This document shows positions 8,541 to 16,910 of a stretch of 44,785 nt of DNA, one piece after another. The position numbers and the translations under genes were made by a program. The notes under the pieces were generated by a model that did not search any database, had not been told where the DNA came from, and was given only the letters and a program-made list of their open reading frames with translations. Every line of letters begins with the position of its first letter. Position 1 is the first letter of the stretch. The DNA lies in the IMG/VR virus record IMGVR_UViG_3300032143_000003, positions 1 through 44,785 of that record; one strand, written 5' to 3'. This DNA is from a virus (taxonomy: Duplodnaviria > Caudoviricetes).

Positions 8541-11209
8541 TGTCGACCCCCCATGACTCGCACGTCGAATATCCTTTGCCTCGGCTCCACGCTTCGAACC
8601 CCGGCCCTTCGATTCAGGACAACATCCCATGTAACGACCACTCCGGTCTCGTCATACATGAAGAAGGTCGGGATGTCGGCAACCGAAACGGATTCCAAGA
8701 TGTCTATGGCTACCGGCTTGATCGCATCCTTGACCTCGATGGTCTGGCTCTCGGTGGTCTGGACGTTCTCGGTAATCGCACCCGCGAGCGCCCCCACCTG
8801 ACCGGTCGGGACTTCCTCGACCTGAATCGCGCTTGTCGCTTCGGCAAGGACTGCCCCGACTTGTCCAGTTCGAACTTCACTTAGCGCAACGGATTCAGTG
8901 ACGGCCCCGGCAACGGCCCCGACAAGAAGTGTTTGAACCTCAGCTACCGCAACCGGCTCAGAGATCGAGACGAGCCGCGTCTCTCCCCCTAAACCGGAGA
9001 CTATGGGCGCGACCTCGACGACGCTTACCGGTTCGCTGATCGTTGCCTTCGCCGTCCCGATGATCCCCGTCCTGACTTCGGAAATTGAGACCGGCTCGGT
9101 GATCGATGCCTTTGGGCCTTCCGTAACGAGCGTCCGTGCTTCCGCTGTGGTAACGGGCTCGGTAATTGCCTTAATCAGTGCCCCGGAGATCAGCGTTTGC
9201 ACTTCGCCTACCGTTATAGGCTCGGTGATCGCCTTGGCGAGTGCTCCGGTTACCAGCGCTTGCGATTCACCCGTAGTGATGGATTCGCTGATTGACTTGA
9301 CAAGGGTCCCGACGACAAGCGACTGGACCTCTCCCACGGTTACCGGCTCGGCGATTGACTTGAGGAGCGCTCCGGCAATCAGCGTCTGGACTTCGCCGAC
9401 GGTTATTGGTTCGCTGATTGACTTGGCAAGTCCGCCAACGATCTCTGCCGGAACCTCGGCGACGCCGACAGATTCCGAGATCGAGATTATCCGCGTCGGC
9501 TCAGCCTCGCGTTCGACCGTCGGTATCTCCGTCAGCGTGACCGGCTCCGTGATAGCCGCGATGAGCGTAGAGGCTTTTCCCGTTGCGGCTTCTCCGGTGG
9601 TGACGGGTTCGGTGATGCCGATAATCGGCGGGCCGACACCGAGTGTCCGTGCCTCCCCAACCGCGATGGCCTCGATGATTGCGGTATTTGGAATTATTCC
9701 GCCGATGGTCTGTGATTCCCCTACCGTAACACCGTGGACGGCAGATAGAGTTATGGTGTCAAGGACGAGGGTCCGCGCCTCCCCTACCGTGCAAGGTTCC
9801 GTGATGGAAATAGCGAGGGGGGCCAGCGAGACGGTCGGCGGGGACTCCGTGGCGGTGATGGTCTCGACGATAGCCGCCTGTCGATAGATTTGCGGCGTTA
9901 CAACTTCGCCTACCCCGACGGCGAGTACCATAGACAGGGCTAGCGTGCCGAGCAAGCCGCCGATGCTGGCCTCGCCCACCGCAACGGGTTCGGTGATGTT
10001 GATATTCCGGTCGGTGGAGGTGACGTATTTCTTAATGGAGATGTCATCTATATATACCGACTGCGATATGGCGGTCCCACGACGAAACTCAAAGTCATAG
10101 GTCTCGGGACCATCATCGTGACTCGTAAAAGTAATTGAATAGAAACGCCAAACACCGTTGCTTGTTGGTATAGACTGAATCGCGCTGTTAGAAGTCCATG
10201 TTCCATCAAGTTGTAGGTACGCCCCATGGGCACCCGTAACACAAAACGTAAAACCACAGGTTCCTGCTCCGGAGACCTTGTACCAAAAACTCATTACGCA
10301 TGGCGTTGAAATAGGAATGGGTATAGAGTATTGCAATATTGCAACGTGACTATCTGAGCCATCAACATCAAAACGACATGAATAAGACCCGCTTTTTATG
10401 TCAGAAGACTCTCTATTAACGGTCGATGACCCCTCTGGAATTTCCGTCCAGTTGGTGAGGTCGGTGGCACTTGTCCAGGTCTCCATCCCGCCGTCGGTTA
10501 AAACCTCGGTCGGTGTTCCCGCTGGGATGGGCTGAATAACCTGCCGTTCCGTAACGGTAACAGGCTCGGTGATGCTGATGGTGCGGGTTGCAGCGACTTC
10601 CTTGAACGACGCGACGATGGTATTCCAGTCATCCGCCGTCGCCTCCGTCCAGGTCAGGCTCCTGTCCGCCGTATCGGGCGTGATGTAGTATTGAGACCCC
10701 ATTCCGTAAGCAGCAGGGTCGTAGGTGTAGATAACCGTCCCGGTCTGTCCCGACGGAGCGAATGTGTTGTCGCCCGTTCCGATGACCGATACGATGACAT
10801 CTCCCGCCGCAAGCGAGGTCATCGTTGGGCCGCCGGGGTCGGCCGTCGTCCCCGTCGTCTTGGAGCAAGCCCTCAACTGAGAGGTATAACCGGATGCCGC
10901 CTTGAATGAAGCCACGCATCCGAAGATGGTGCGGGTATTGTCGTTCTGAATCTGAACCGTGTAAGAGGAACCCGTTGGCGGGTCGAGCATGTACCAAAGT
11001 TCGTTGAACGTTTCGACGTTGTAGTTCGTATCGCCAGGGGTAAAGGCGACGCCGTTATAAGTCGGCGCACCCCCCGTCCTGAGCGTTGTCCCGGCCCCTA
11101 CGATAAGCAGAACAAGAACGGTTGACCCGCTCCCGCACGTATAGGAGAATTGCGTCGGGTCAGCCGCACCCGTGGTGAACTGCTGTTTGTTATCGTAGGT
11201 GTGGGCCAT
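8537..11209 (-). CDS. Repeat-rich virion fibre/whisker protein with a carbohydrate-binding-like domain
   Basis: 890 aa, about 22 repeats of I(T/S)EP(V/I)xVxE at about 20-aa spacing; CBM-like segment DGGMETW...SGSYS...VYIDDISI. Confidence 0.7.
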   Translation of the reverse strand: MAHTYDNKQQFTTGAADPTQFSYTCGSGSTVLVLLIVGAGTTLRTGGAPTYNGVAFTPGDTNYNVETFNELWYMLDPPTGSSYTVQIQNDNTRTIFGCVASFKAASGYTSQLRACSKTTGTTADPGGPTMTSLAAGDVIVSVIGTGDNTFAPSGQTGTVIYTYDPAAYGMGSQYYITPDTADRSLTWTEATADDWNTIVASFKEVAATRTISITEPVTVTERQVIQPIPAGTPTEVLTDGGMETWTSATDLTNWTEIPEGSSTVNRESSDIKSGSYSCRFDVDGSDSHVAILQYSIPIPISTPCVMSFWYKVSGAGTCGFTFCVTGAHGAYLQLDGTWTSNSAIQSIPTSNGVWRFYSITFTSHDDGPETYDFEFRRGTAISQSVYIDDISIKKYVTSTDRNINITEPVAVGEASIGGLLGTLALSMVLAVGVGEVVTPQIYRQAAIVETITATESPPTVSLAPLAISITEPCTVGEARTLVLDTITLSAVHGVTVGESQTIGGIIPNTAIIEAIAVGEARTLGVGPPIIGITEPVTTGEAATGKASTLIAAITEPVTLTEIPTVEREAEPTRIISISESVGVAEVPAEIVGGLAKSISEPITVGEVQTLIAGALLKSIAEPVTVGEVQSLVVGTLVKSISESITTGESQALVTGALAKAITEPITVGEVQTLISGALIKAITEPVTTAEARTLVTEGPKASITEPVSISEVRTGIIGTAKATISEPVSVVEVAPIVSGLGGETRLVSISEPVAVAEVQTLLVGAVAGAVTESVALSEVRTGQVGAVLAEATSAIQVEEVPTGQVGALAGAITENVQTTESQTIEVKDAIKPVAIDILESVSVADIPTFFMYDETGVVVTWDVVLNRRAGVRSVEPRQRIFDVRVMGGRQ

Positions 11210-12037
11210 TTACTTTTTCTTTTTCATAAACCTGAACTGTTCGCCGCGTGCCGGATACTTAATCCCCGAGCCGTCGATATGCCAGCAGAAGATGTTCGTA
11301 TCGACGAGATACGGATACCGCTGCTCGGCAATCTTGGGCCATCCCGCCTTCTTGATAAGACCGTGCTTCCGCACCCGGTCCAGGAAATCAATGTCCTCCG
11401 TCCCCGTCTGGATATTTATCGTGTGCGTCTCCGGGTCAACGCCGATTCGCGTCGGCGTTTCATAGACCCTGCGAATGTCCTGCCCCGCACACTTATACGG
11501 CTCGCTCTCCTCCCAAATGGCCTCGATGATGGACTTGTGAATCAGCGTGCATCCCATCCCGTGCCCATCCACCCAGACCTTATCGCCCATCTTCCATTTA
11601 GCATAATAGCCGAAGCCCGTCCCCCGGTACATCAACGGCTCGGACGGGACGGACTTTGTGAAATAGAGTCCGGCGACAACCGGGTACTTCTCCTCGACCA
11701 TGTATTCATTGAGCTGGCAAAAGGCCGTAGGTGGAAGCACAACATCATGGTCGATGAAAAGCAGCCAGTCCGTCTTAGCCTTTATGAAGGCATCGACAAC
11801 AAGGTTCCTTGCGTCTGCAACCTGGAATCGTATCGGGGAGTATTGGTCTATCCATTGGATTGTTTCGTGGTGCGACCAGTTGCAGGGAATGACCTGTCCA
11901 TACCGCGCCAGGACCCACTCCGAGCGCAACGTCCCGGTCATGGGGACGCCGATGGTAAGCCTCTGCTGAATCTCACCCATGTTCTCGATGAGGTCGTATC
12001 GACGGTATCCTTTGGTGGTCTTAAATCCTTTGGTCAT
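11210..12037 (-). CDS. Glycosyltransferase (GT-A fold, GT2-like)
   Basis: ARNLVV, WLLFIDHDVVLP (DxD), GMGCTLI and TEDIDF motifs. Confidence 0.8.
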   Translation of the reverse strand: MTKGFKTTKGYRRYDLIENMGEIQQRLTIGVPMTGTLRSEWVLARYGQVIPCNWSHHETIQWIDQYSPIRFQVADARNLVVDAFIKAKTDWLLFIDHDVVLPPTAFCQLNEYMVEEKYPVVAGLYFTKSVPSEPLMYRGTGFGYYAKWKMGDKVWVDGHGMGCTLIHKSIIEAIWEESEPYKCAGQDIRRVYETPTRIGVDPETHTINIQTGTEDIDFLDRVRKHGLIKKAGWPKIAEQRYPYLVDTNIFCWHIDGSGIKYPARGEQFRFMKKKK

Positions 12038-12521
12038 AGACCTGTCCTTCCATGAGCTTTCTGAACACGACCTCCATGACCCCCGTGTCCTGCCAAACGG
12101 GGAACCCCTTCTCTATCAGCCAGGGTTTCGGGTTGTAAATTTGGTAAAGCACGTATCGGGGGTCGAAATACTGCCACGTCTTTTCGTTACATGGATTGCA
12201 GTGCGTCGGGTCTTGGATGTAGAACTGATTCACCCCATACGGATGGACGAATGCCAGCTTCCCCTCCGGCTTTGTGATTCGCCACAGCTCGTCCATGAAC
12301 TGAAGCATCAGCCACGGCTTGATGTGCTCTACGATGTGCGACCCGATAATAGAGAGGCAGATGTTGTCCGGGAAGGGATAGGGAAACTTCTCCAGATCGT
12401 GAACCATATCCACGCCCGGCAGTTTCCGCTTATCCAGGCCGATGAATCCCTGGTTCTTCTTACTCCCGCAGGCAAGGTCAAGTAGAATCCCGCCTTTACG
12501 CTTGAATAGGTCGTTCCGCAT
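12021..12521 (-). CDS. Class I SAM-dependent methyltransferase (Methyltransf_11-like)
   Basis: LLDLACG, HDLEKFPYPF, SHIVEH, ELWRITKPEG, QDPTH. Confidence 0.85.
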   Translation of the reverse strand: MRNDLFKRKGGILLDLACGSKKNQGFIGLDKRKLPGVDMVHDLEKFPYPFPDNICLSIIGSHIVEHIKPWLMLQFMDELWRITKPEGKLAFVHPYGVNQFYIQDPTHCNPCNEKTWQYFDPRYVLYQIYNPKPWLIEKGFPVWQDTGVMEVVFRKLMEGQVYDQRI

Positions 12522-12696
12522 TTTCCTCCGTTTCCTCTTTCAAGAGAACATCGATGTCGGCTTCCCATTCTCTGATCTTCCGTTGTGCCCGATGTATATG
12601 GTGCTTGGAGCGGGATTGAGCGATTACAACTCGATTGACTAGGGCGATATTTTCCCGCAGTGCAGAAACCGCAGCCGCTCGCTCATCCCTGTTCAA
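12496..12696 (-). CDS. Hypothetical coiled-coil protein
   Basis: 66-aa ORF packed in the operon. Confidence 0.5.
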   Translation of the reverse strand: MNRDERAAAVSALRENIALVNRVVIAQSRSKHHIHRAQRKIREWEADIDVLLKEETEENAERPIQA

Positions 12697-12697
12697 C

Positions 12698-13204
12698 TTA
12701 GCTGAACTGAATGCGATAGGTTACGTTGACGTTCTGGTTCGTGTCGCAGGTAGAGACGGCGTAGGTTGAGCCCGCAAAGAGCGACCCCGCGGCTGTCGTG
12801 CAGTCGAACAACCCGATGTTCCGAAGTGAAGATGAGCTGGCGAGAAAGGTCCGGCTGGAATAGAACGTGGCCAGGAACGACACCGCTGAACTCGTGTCAA
12901 TGGAAACCGTCATGTCCGCCCCGCCCATCCGCTTCGCCGTGCTGATCTCACCATCGAGCGTTGTCGCAGCCGCGCCGGGAACAGTGCCCGATCCGATATT
13001 GATCCCCAGGACGCGCTTCGAGCCGGTCGTCCCCGCAAGGTTCGCGCAAAGGAAGTCCTGCTTGCCGATGTTCGTGATCTGGTTTTCGCACCAGCCGGAA
13101 TCCCCAACGATTTTCCCGTTGCCTTTTCCGAAGGGTTCCTCGATTTGGACGCGGTAGAATCCGCGCACGCCGACGTTGTCGGCTTTGATTTTTCCTTTTG
13201 CCAT
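12698..13204 (-). CDS. Virion structural protein (collar/fibre-base-like)
   Basis: NQITNIG...IGSG...TTLDGEI...FLATF...NIGLF..AAGSLFA pattern of fibre/collar attachment domains; strong RBS. Confidence 0.55.
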   Translation of the reverse strand: MAKGKIKADNVGVRGFYRVQIEEPFGKGNGKIVGDSGWCENQITNIGKQDFLCANLAGTTGSKRVLGINIGSGTVPGAAATTLDGEISTAKRMGGADMTVSIDTSSAVSFLATFYSSRTFLASSSSLRNIGLFDCTTAAGSLFAGSTYAVSTCDTNQNVNVTYRIQFS

Positions 13205-13219
13205 GTTATCCTCCTAAAT

Positions 13220-13780
13220 TCACTTTGCCAATTTCCCTGCGGAACTTCCTGCCATCATCTCCGCAAGCCTCAAGACCACGGGCTTCTGCATCATCGCCGA
13301 AAGCCGTGGCTCCTGTTCCGCTATCACGCCGGAGAACCATTTAGACTCCGGGATATTGACCGTGAGCGTCCCCTGCTTCGTGAGCGCAAGCCACTTGAAC
13401 CGCTCCTCCTTGAACTTGTAATAAGCCCACCATGCCCACTTCCGCATCCTGTCCGTGACAACGGGGTGCGTCGTGCCGCCCTTGTCCTGGATGAGCGCAT
13501 AGGGAACGCTCTGCTTTCCGCCGATCCCCGTCCCGATGGCGATAGTCCAGCGTTCATCTCCGGCCGCGATGAGTTGCCCTATGTTCCGCCCCATCAGGCT
13601 GGACTTCTTTTTATACTTGGACGATTTCTGCATCTGAGCAGCCGAACGCATGAGTTCTTTGATCGTCTCAGCAGTCCAGCTCGTCGCCTGGTATTTGTGC
13701 GCACGTGGGAGCGCCTTGAGCGTCTCCGTCTTGCGGATCGCCCCGCTGAAGTCGGCCCTCAGCCCTATCCCGTCCGTCAT
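13220..13780 (-). CDS. Neck/virion morphogenesis protein (HK97 gp10-like), start MTDGIG
   Basis: Basic protein; VPYALIQDKGG and VNIPESKWF motifs; ATGA overlap with the connector gene. Confidence 0.65.
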   Translation of the reverse strand: MTDGIGLRADFSGAIRKTETLKALPRAHKYQATSWTAETIKELMRSAAQMQKSSKYKKKSSLMGRNIGQLIAAGDERWTIAIGTGIGGKQSVPYALIQDKGGTTHPVVTDRMRKWAWWAYYKFKEERFKWLALTKQGTLTVNIPESKWFSGVIAEQEPRLSAMMQKPVVLRLAEMMAGSSAGKLAK

Positions 13781-14337
13781 ATCGTGACCCGCTTGAATTT
13801 CGCCAAGATCGCCAGTTGTGATTTTGTCAGTGCGCCGTCCGCATTGACCGTGCTCGTTGATCCGTCCGGCATTGTCCGCCCGCTCTCGCCCCAGCCTTGC
13901 TCTTTCATTGTTTTCCACTTCCGGGCGATCAATTCGTATGCCACGAGGGCTATGTCCGCCGGAACAGCCGCATAGCCCGCCGTGTAGGTGAGCGTGAAGT
14001 TTCCCCTTCCCTCAGCCCAGACGCCGTTAACCTTCCGCAGGCAGAGCGCATCAATGACGAAATCCGCGTCGTTACCTTCCACGTATTCGGCCCCATAGTT
14101 GTCCTCTATGGACGTAACCGCCGTGATGGGCCAGTTCAGGGGCTTCAATGCAGACGTCCCGTCCCCGCTGACAAGCTCTGCCGTGTAGGTTGCGCTCAAA
14201 AGGATGCACCCAACCTCGCGGTTGACCTGCTCGGAGACCGCCGAAATGATTGACGGCAGGATGGCGTCCCATGTCGTGATGGACTCCCCCGGCCAGAGAT
14301 AGCTCTTGACGTTTGCCAACGTGACCAGGTCTGCCAT
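13777..14337 (-). CDS. Head-tail connector/adaptor (gp6/gp15-like)
   Basis: LVTLANVKSYL N-terminus and LTYTAGYAAVPADI. Confidence 0.85.
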   Translation of the reverse strand: MADLVTLANVKSYLWPGESITTWDAILPSIISAVSEQVNREVGCILLSATYTAELVSGDGTSALKPLNWPITAVTSIEDNYGAEYVEGNDADFVIDALCLRKVNGVWAEGRGNFTLTYTAGYAAVPADIALVAYELIARKWKTMKEQGWGESGRTMPDGSTSTVNADGALTKSQLAILAKFKRVTI

Positions 14338-14339
14338 GT

Positions 14340-14612
14340 TTAGCTCCTCTTGCCCTTGCCTTTCTTTGCGGGTGATTCAATGAGCGTCACGGAATCGACG
14401 ACTGCGATTTTTATCTCCGGCGCCCCGTCGATAGACTTGTCCTCATAGGCCCGGCCATTCCTGATATACATGAACGCCAAGTCCAGAGGCAGGTCATAGG
14501 ACTTCCCGGCCTCATAAACGTTCCGCGTCTCTTTCATCCTGACCCGCATAGTCTTACCCGATGCCCGAAGCGCATTGACGCCGCCGGGCGTCTTATCAAA
14601 CTCAATCGGCAT
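14340..14612 (-). CDS. Hypothetical head-associated protein
   Basis: 90-aa ORF with an RBS, between the decoration and connector genes. Confidence 0.6.
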   Translation of the reverse strand: MPIEFDKTPGGVNALRASGKTMRVRMKETRNVYEAGKSYDLPLDLAFMYIRNGRAYEDKSIDGAPEIKIAVVDSVTLIESPAKKGKGKRS

Positions 14613-14628
14613 GATGCCCTCCCGCTGT

Positions 14629-14662
14629 AAAAATGGGCGGGGAGAGTCGCGTCCCCCCGCCC
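14629..14662 (-). terminator. Rho-independent terminator after the capsid/decoration genes
   Basis: GGGCGGGG...CCCCGCCC hairpin followed by ATTTTT on the minus strand. Confidence 0.7.
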
Positions 14663-14668
14663 GATAAA

Positions 14669-15115
14669 CTACGCTTGAACTTCCGTGTCCTGTGTCACGG
14701 GCATCTGATTCGGTTGCCCCATGACTGCCACCGCGCTCAATGGCGTCCCGTTCGTGTGTGTGCCTGTCTGCGTGAAGAGAATGCGGACATATCGCAGGCT
14801 CCCCCGATACATCCGGGTGATGGTCATGTCGTCCTCGGTAGGCTCGTTGATGACCCAGGTCGGCGTCCCGCCTTCAAGGTCCGCCTGAGCGATGGTCGTG
14901 AAACTTCCCGGCGTGGTCACGGCGCATTCCTGGAACGAGATCGTCCAGTAGGTCGTGCCGCTGAGCGTATCGCCCGAGATCCCGACATGAGCGACCATCA
15001 GAACATCGCCGTACCCCCACCGATCCTTTGCCAAGCCCGTCCCCTCCGCCGTGTTGTTGGCTACGATGGGCGTCAGGAGGCTGACTACCTTGTGGTTCGT
15101 AATTGTGTTGATCAC
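14669..15115 (-). CDS. Probable capsid decoration/cement protein
   Basis: 148 aa, Thr-rich, directly after the major capsid gene and inside the same terminated unit. Confidence 0.6.
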   Translation of the reverse strand: MINTITNHKVVSLLTPIVANNTAEGTGLAKDRWGYGDVLMVAHVGISGDTLSGTTYWTISFQECAVTTPGSFTTIAQADLEGGTPTWVINEPTEDDMTITRMYRGSLRYVRILFTQTGTHTNGTPLSAVAVMGQPNQMPVTQDTEVQA

Positions 15116-15131
15116 TTTAGCCTCCCGTCCC

Positions 15132-16319
15132 TTAGGTCAGGATATTCTTGAGAAGTTGAATGGACTCCGGCAAAAGAACCCCGCCGCCGACCCGCCGACG
15201 CGCCAGGAACCCGATCATGCCGAACTCGGCATACTTCTCGACGAGCCGCTGGATGTTGATGTCAACCCGGTCCACAATGGTATAGCCCGCTCTGAAGTCG
15301 CCCAGTGCACAGACGATGCCGTTGTCGCCGGGCGTGGTGCTGAGTGTGGTGGACGTGATGGCCGGGAAGTCCGGGCATTCCAGAACGGGGTTGCCCAGAA
15401 TCGTAGCCGGTTGGCCCTGCTGGAGATTCGGCTGGAGAAGGTACATATTGGTCGTCGCGCTCTTCAGCGTCACAGCGACGCCGAGCAACGTCCGGTTCAT
15501 CAGCCATGTCGCGTTTGCAACGTAAGGGGAGGCGAGTTGGTACTGCGTGCCGATGAAGTCGTCGAAGACCAGGACATCGGTTGTCAGGACATCCCGATGA
15601 TCGGCCAGGACCGTCGCGTTGGTGGTGATGCCTTCAGGAGCCGTGGTGCCGTTACCGGAATAGAATGCCGTCCCTTCCAGGACCCCAAACTTCCGACCCA
15701 CGACGCTGGCGATCTCAGATTCCAGGTTGAAGGCGCTGTCCTCCAGCATCTTCTGCGTAGCCTTGAAGAGCTGCGCCATTTCGAAGGTCTTGAGTTCGGT
15801 CAGGCCGTAGGTGAGCCCGGTCGTCTCGGTCTTTTCTGCGCTCTCTGCGATCCAGGTCGCAGCCGGGACCGTGAGTTCCGTCGGGAACTCGACGGCATAG
15901 GCCGACGTCTGCCTCACGTTCGCAACCGTGCGAATGGGCGAGTAGAGCGTCAGGGCCTTGATGATCTGTTGCACGTACTCGTAAGGAGCCAGCACTCCGG
16001 CGTGGTCCGAGTCCGCGATGGTCAGAACCTTCTGCTCTTCGGGGCTAAGCCCACCCTTGCCCTTGCGAAGCCAGCCCTGGAAAGCCTTTGTCTTGACGAT
16101 CTTCGCCACATCGGCCTCACTGGCCTGGATGATGGGCGTCTTGAGCTTGATGACCTCGTCGCAGAGTTCGTTATACCGCTTGTCGGTATTGACCTTGAAC
16201 TCGTCGAAAGCTACCTTCGAGGCCCGTCCGTTCTCTACCTCCGTGTGCTTGGTCTGCACATCGGCGATGAGCTTGTTGATTGCGCCATTAAGTGTGGCGA
16301 CTTCTTTCTCGATGTCCAT
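15132..16319 (-). CDS. Major capsid protein, HK97 fold
   Basis: N-terminal coiled-coil delta domain; GNGTTAPEGI, ILGNPV, GDFRAGYTIVDR, RRVGGGV. Confidence 0.95.
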   Translation of the reverse strand: MDIEKEVATLNGAINKLIADVQTKHTEVENGRASKVAFDEFKVNTDKRYNELCDEVIKLKTPIIQASEADVAKIVKTKAFQGWLRKGKGGLSPEEQKVLTIADSDHAGVLAPYEYVQQIIKALTLYSPIRTVANVRQTSAYAVEFPTELTVPAATWIAESAEKTETTGLTYGLTELKTFEMAQLFKATQKMLEDSAFNLESEIASVVGRKFGVLEGTAFYSGNGTTAPEGITTNATVLADHRDVLTTDVLVFDDFIGTQYQLASPYVANATWLMNRTLLGVAVTLKSATTNMYLLQPNLQQGQPATILGNPVLECPDFPAITSTTLSTTPGDNGIVCALGDFRAGYTIVDRVDINIQRLVEKYAEFGMIGFLARRRVGGGVLLPESIQLLKNILT

Positions 16320-16333
16320 GATTTCTCCTCCTG

Positions 16334-16909
16334 TTATGAATTCAGGTATTCAGTAATCCGGGCCGTCATTTCCTTGATCGAGTGGAGGAACTCCGGCTCG
16401 ACCTCGGGAGTGGGTTGCCCCGGCTCCGCGCCCGGTTCTTTGCTTTTCACATCATCGACCACCGCATCGGGGCACGACTGAAAGACGCATGGCGAGATCT
16501 CCCAAAGGTTGACCTCCAGCAGTTGCCTGATGCCCGTCTCCGAGTCGATGAGTTCTTTGACTGCGTTGTAGCCGATGGAGAGTCCCGTCACGGCTCCCTG
16601 CGCCATGAGCGAGCGAATCTCGCGGGCGAGCTGGACATCCAGGTTCAGTTGCCCCGTAATCTCCAGGCCCTTTTTATCCTCTTTCCCCGAGATGATGCCG
16701 ATCGGCTTGCTGATGTCATGAGACCACAGAAGCGGGAATTGAAGTTTCTCCCTGAGCGTTTTCTTGAACGCGCCCCGCTGAACCGCGTCACCATAGGTGT
16801 CCACCATATCGAACACGCTCGCATAGCCGGTGAATGTCCCGGCGTCGGCGTCCTCGCCCCCGACGGTGAACTTGAACTCTAAATCCTTAATTTCGATCTT
16901 CTTTGACAT
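16334..16909 (-). CDS. Prohead protease (HK97 family), start MSKKIEIK
   Basis: FTGYASVF, LLWSHD, GLSIGY, LWEISPC. Confidence 0.92.
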   Translation of the reverse strand: MSKKIEIKDLEFKFTVGGEDADAGTFTGYASVFDMVDTYGDAVQRGAFKKTLREKLQFPLLWSHDISKPIGIISGKEDKKGLEITGQLNLDVQLAREIRSLMAQGAVTGLSIGYNAVKELIDSETGIRQLLEVNLWEISPCVFQSCPDAVVDDVKSKEPGAEPGQPTPEVEPEFLHSIKEMTARITEYLNS

Positions 16910-16910
16910 A

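Noticed and set aside
15051-16481. Long plus-strand ORFs antisense to structural genes (476 aa here; also 9003..9887, 11150..12055, 13145..13975)
   Set aside because: They are antisense shadows of well-supported minus-strand genes in GC-rich DNA and carry no recognisable motifs
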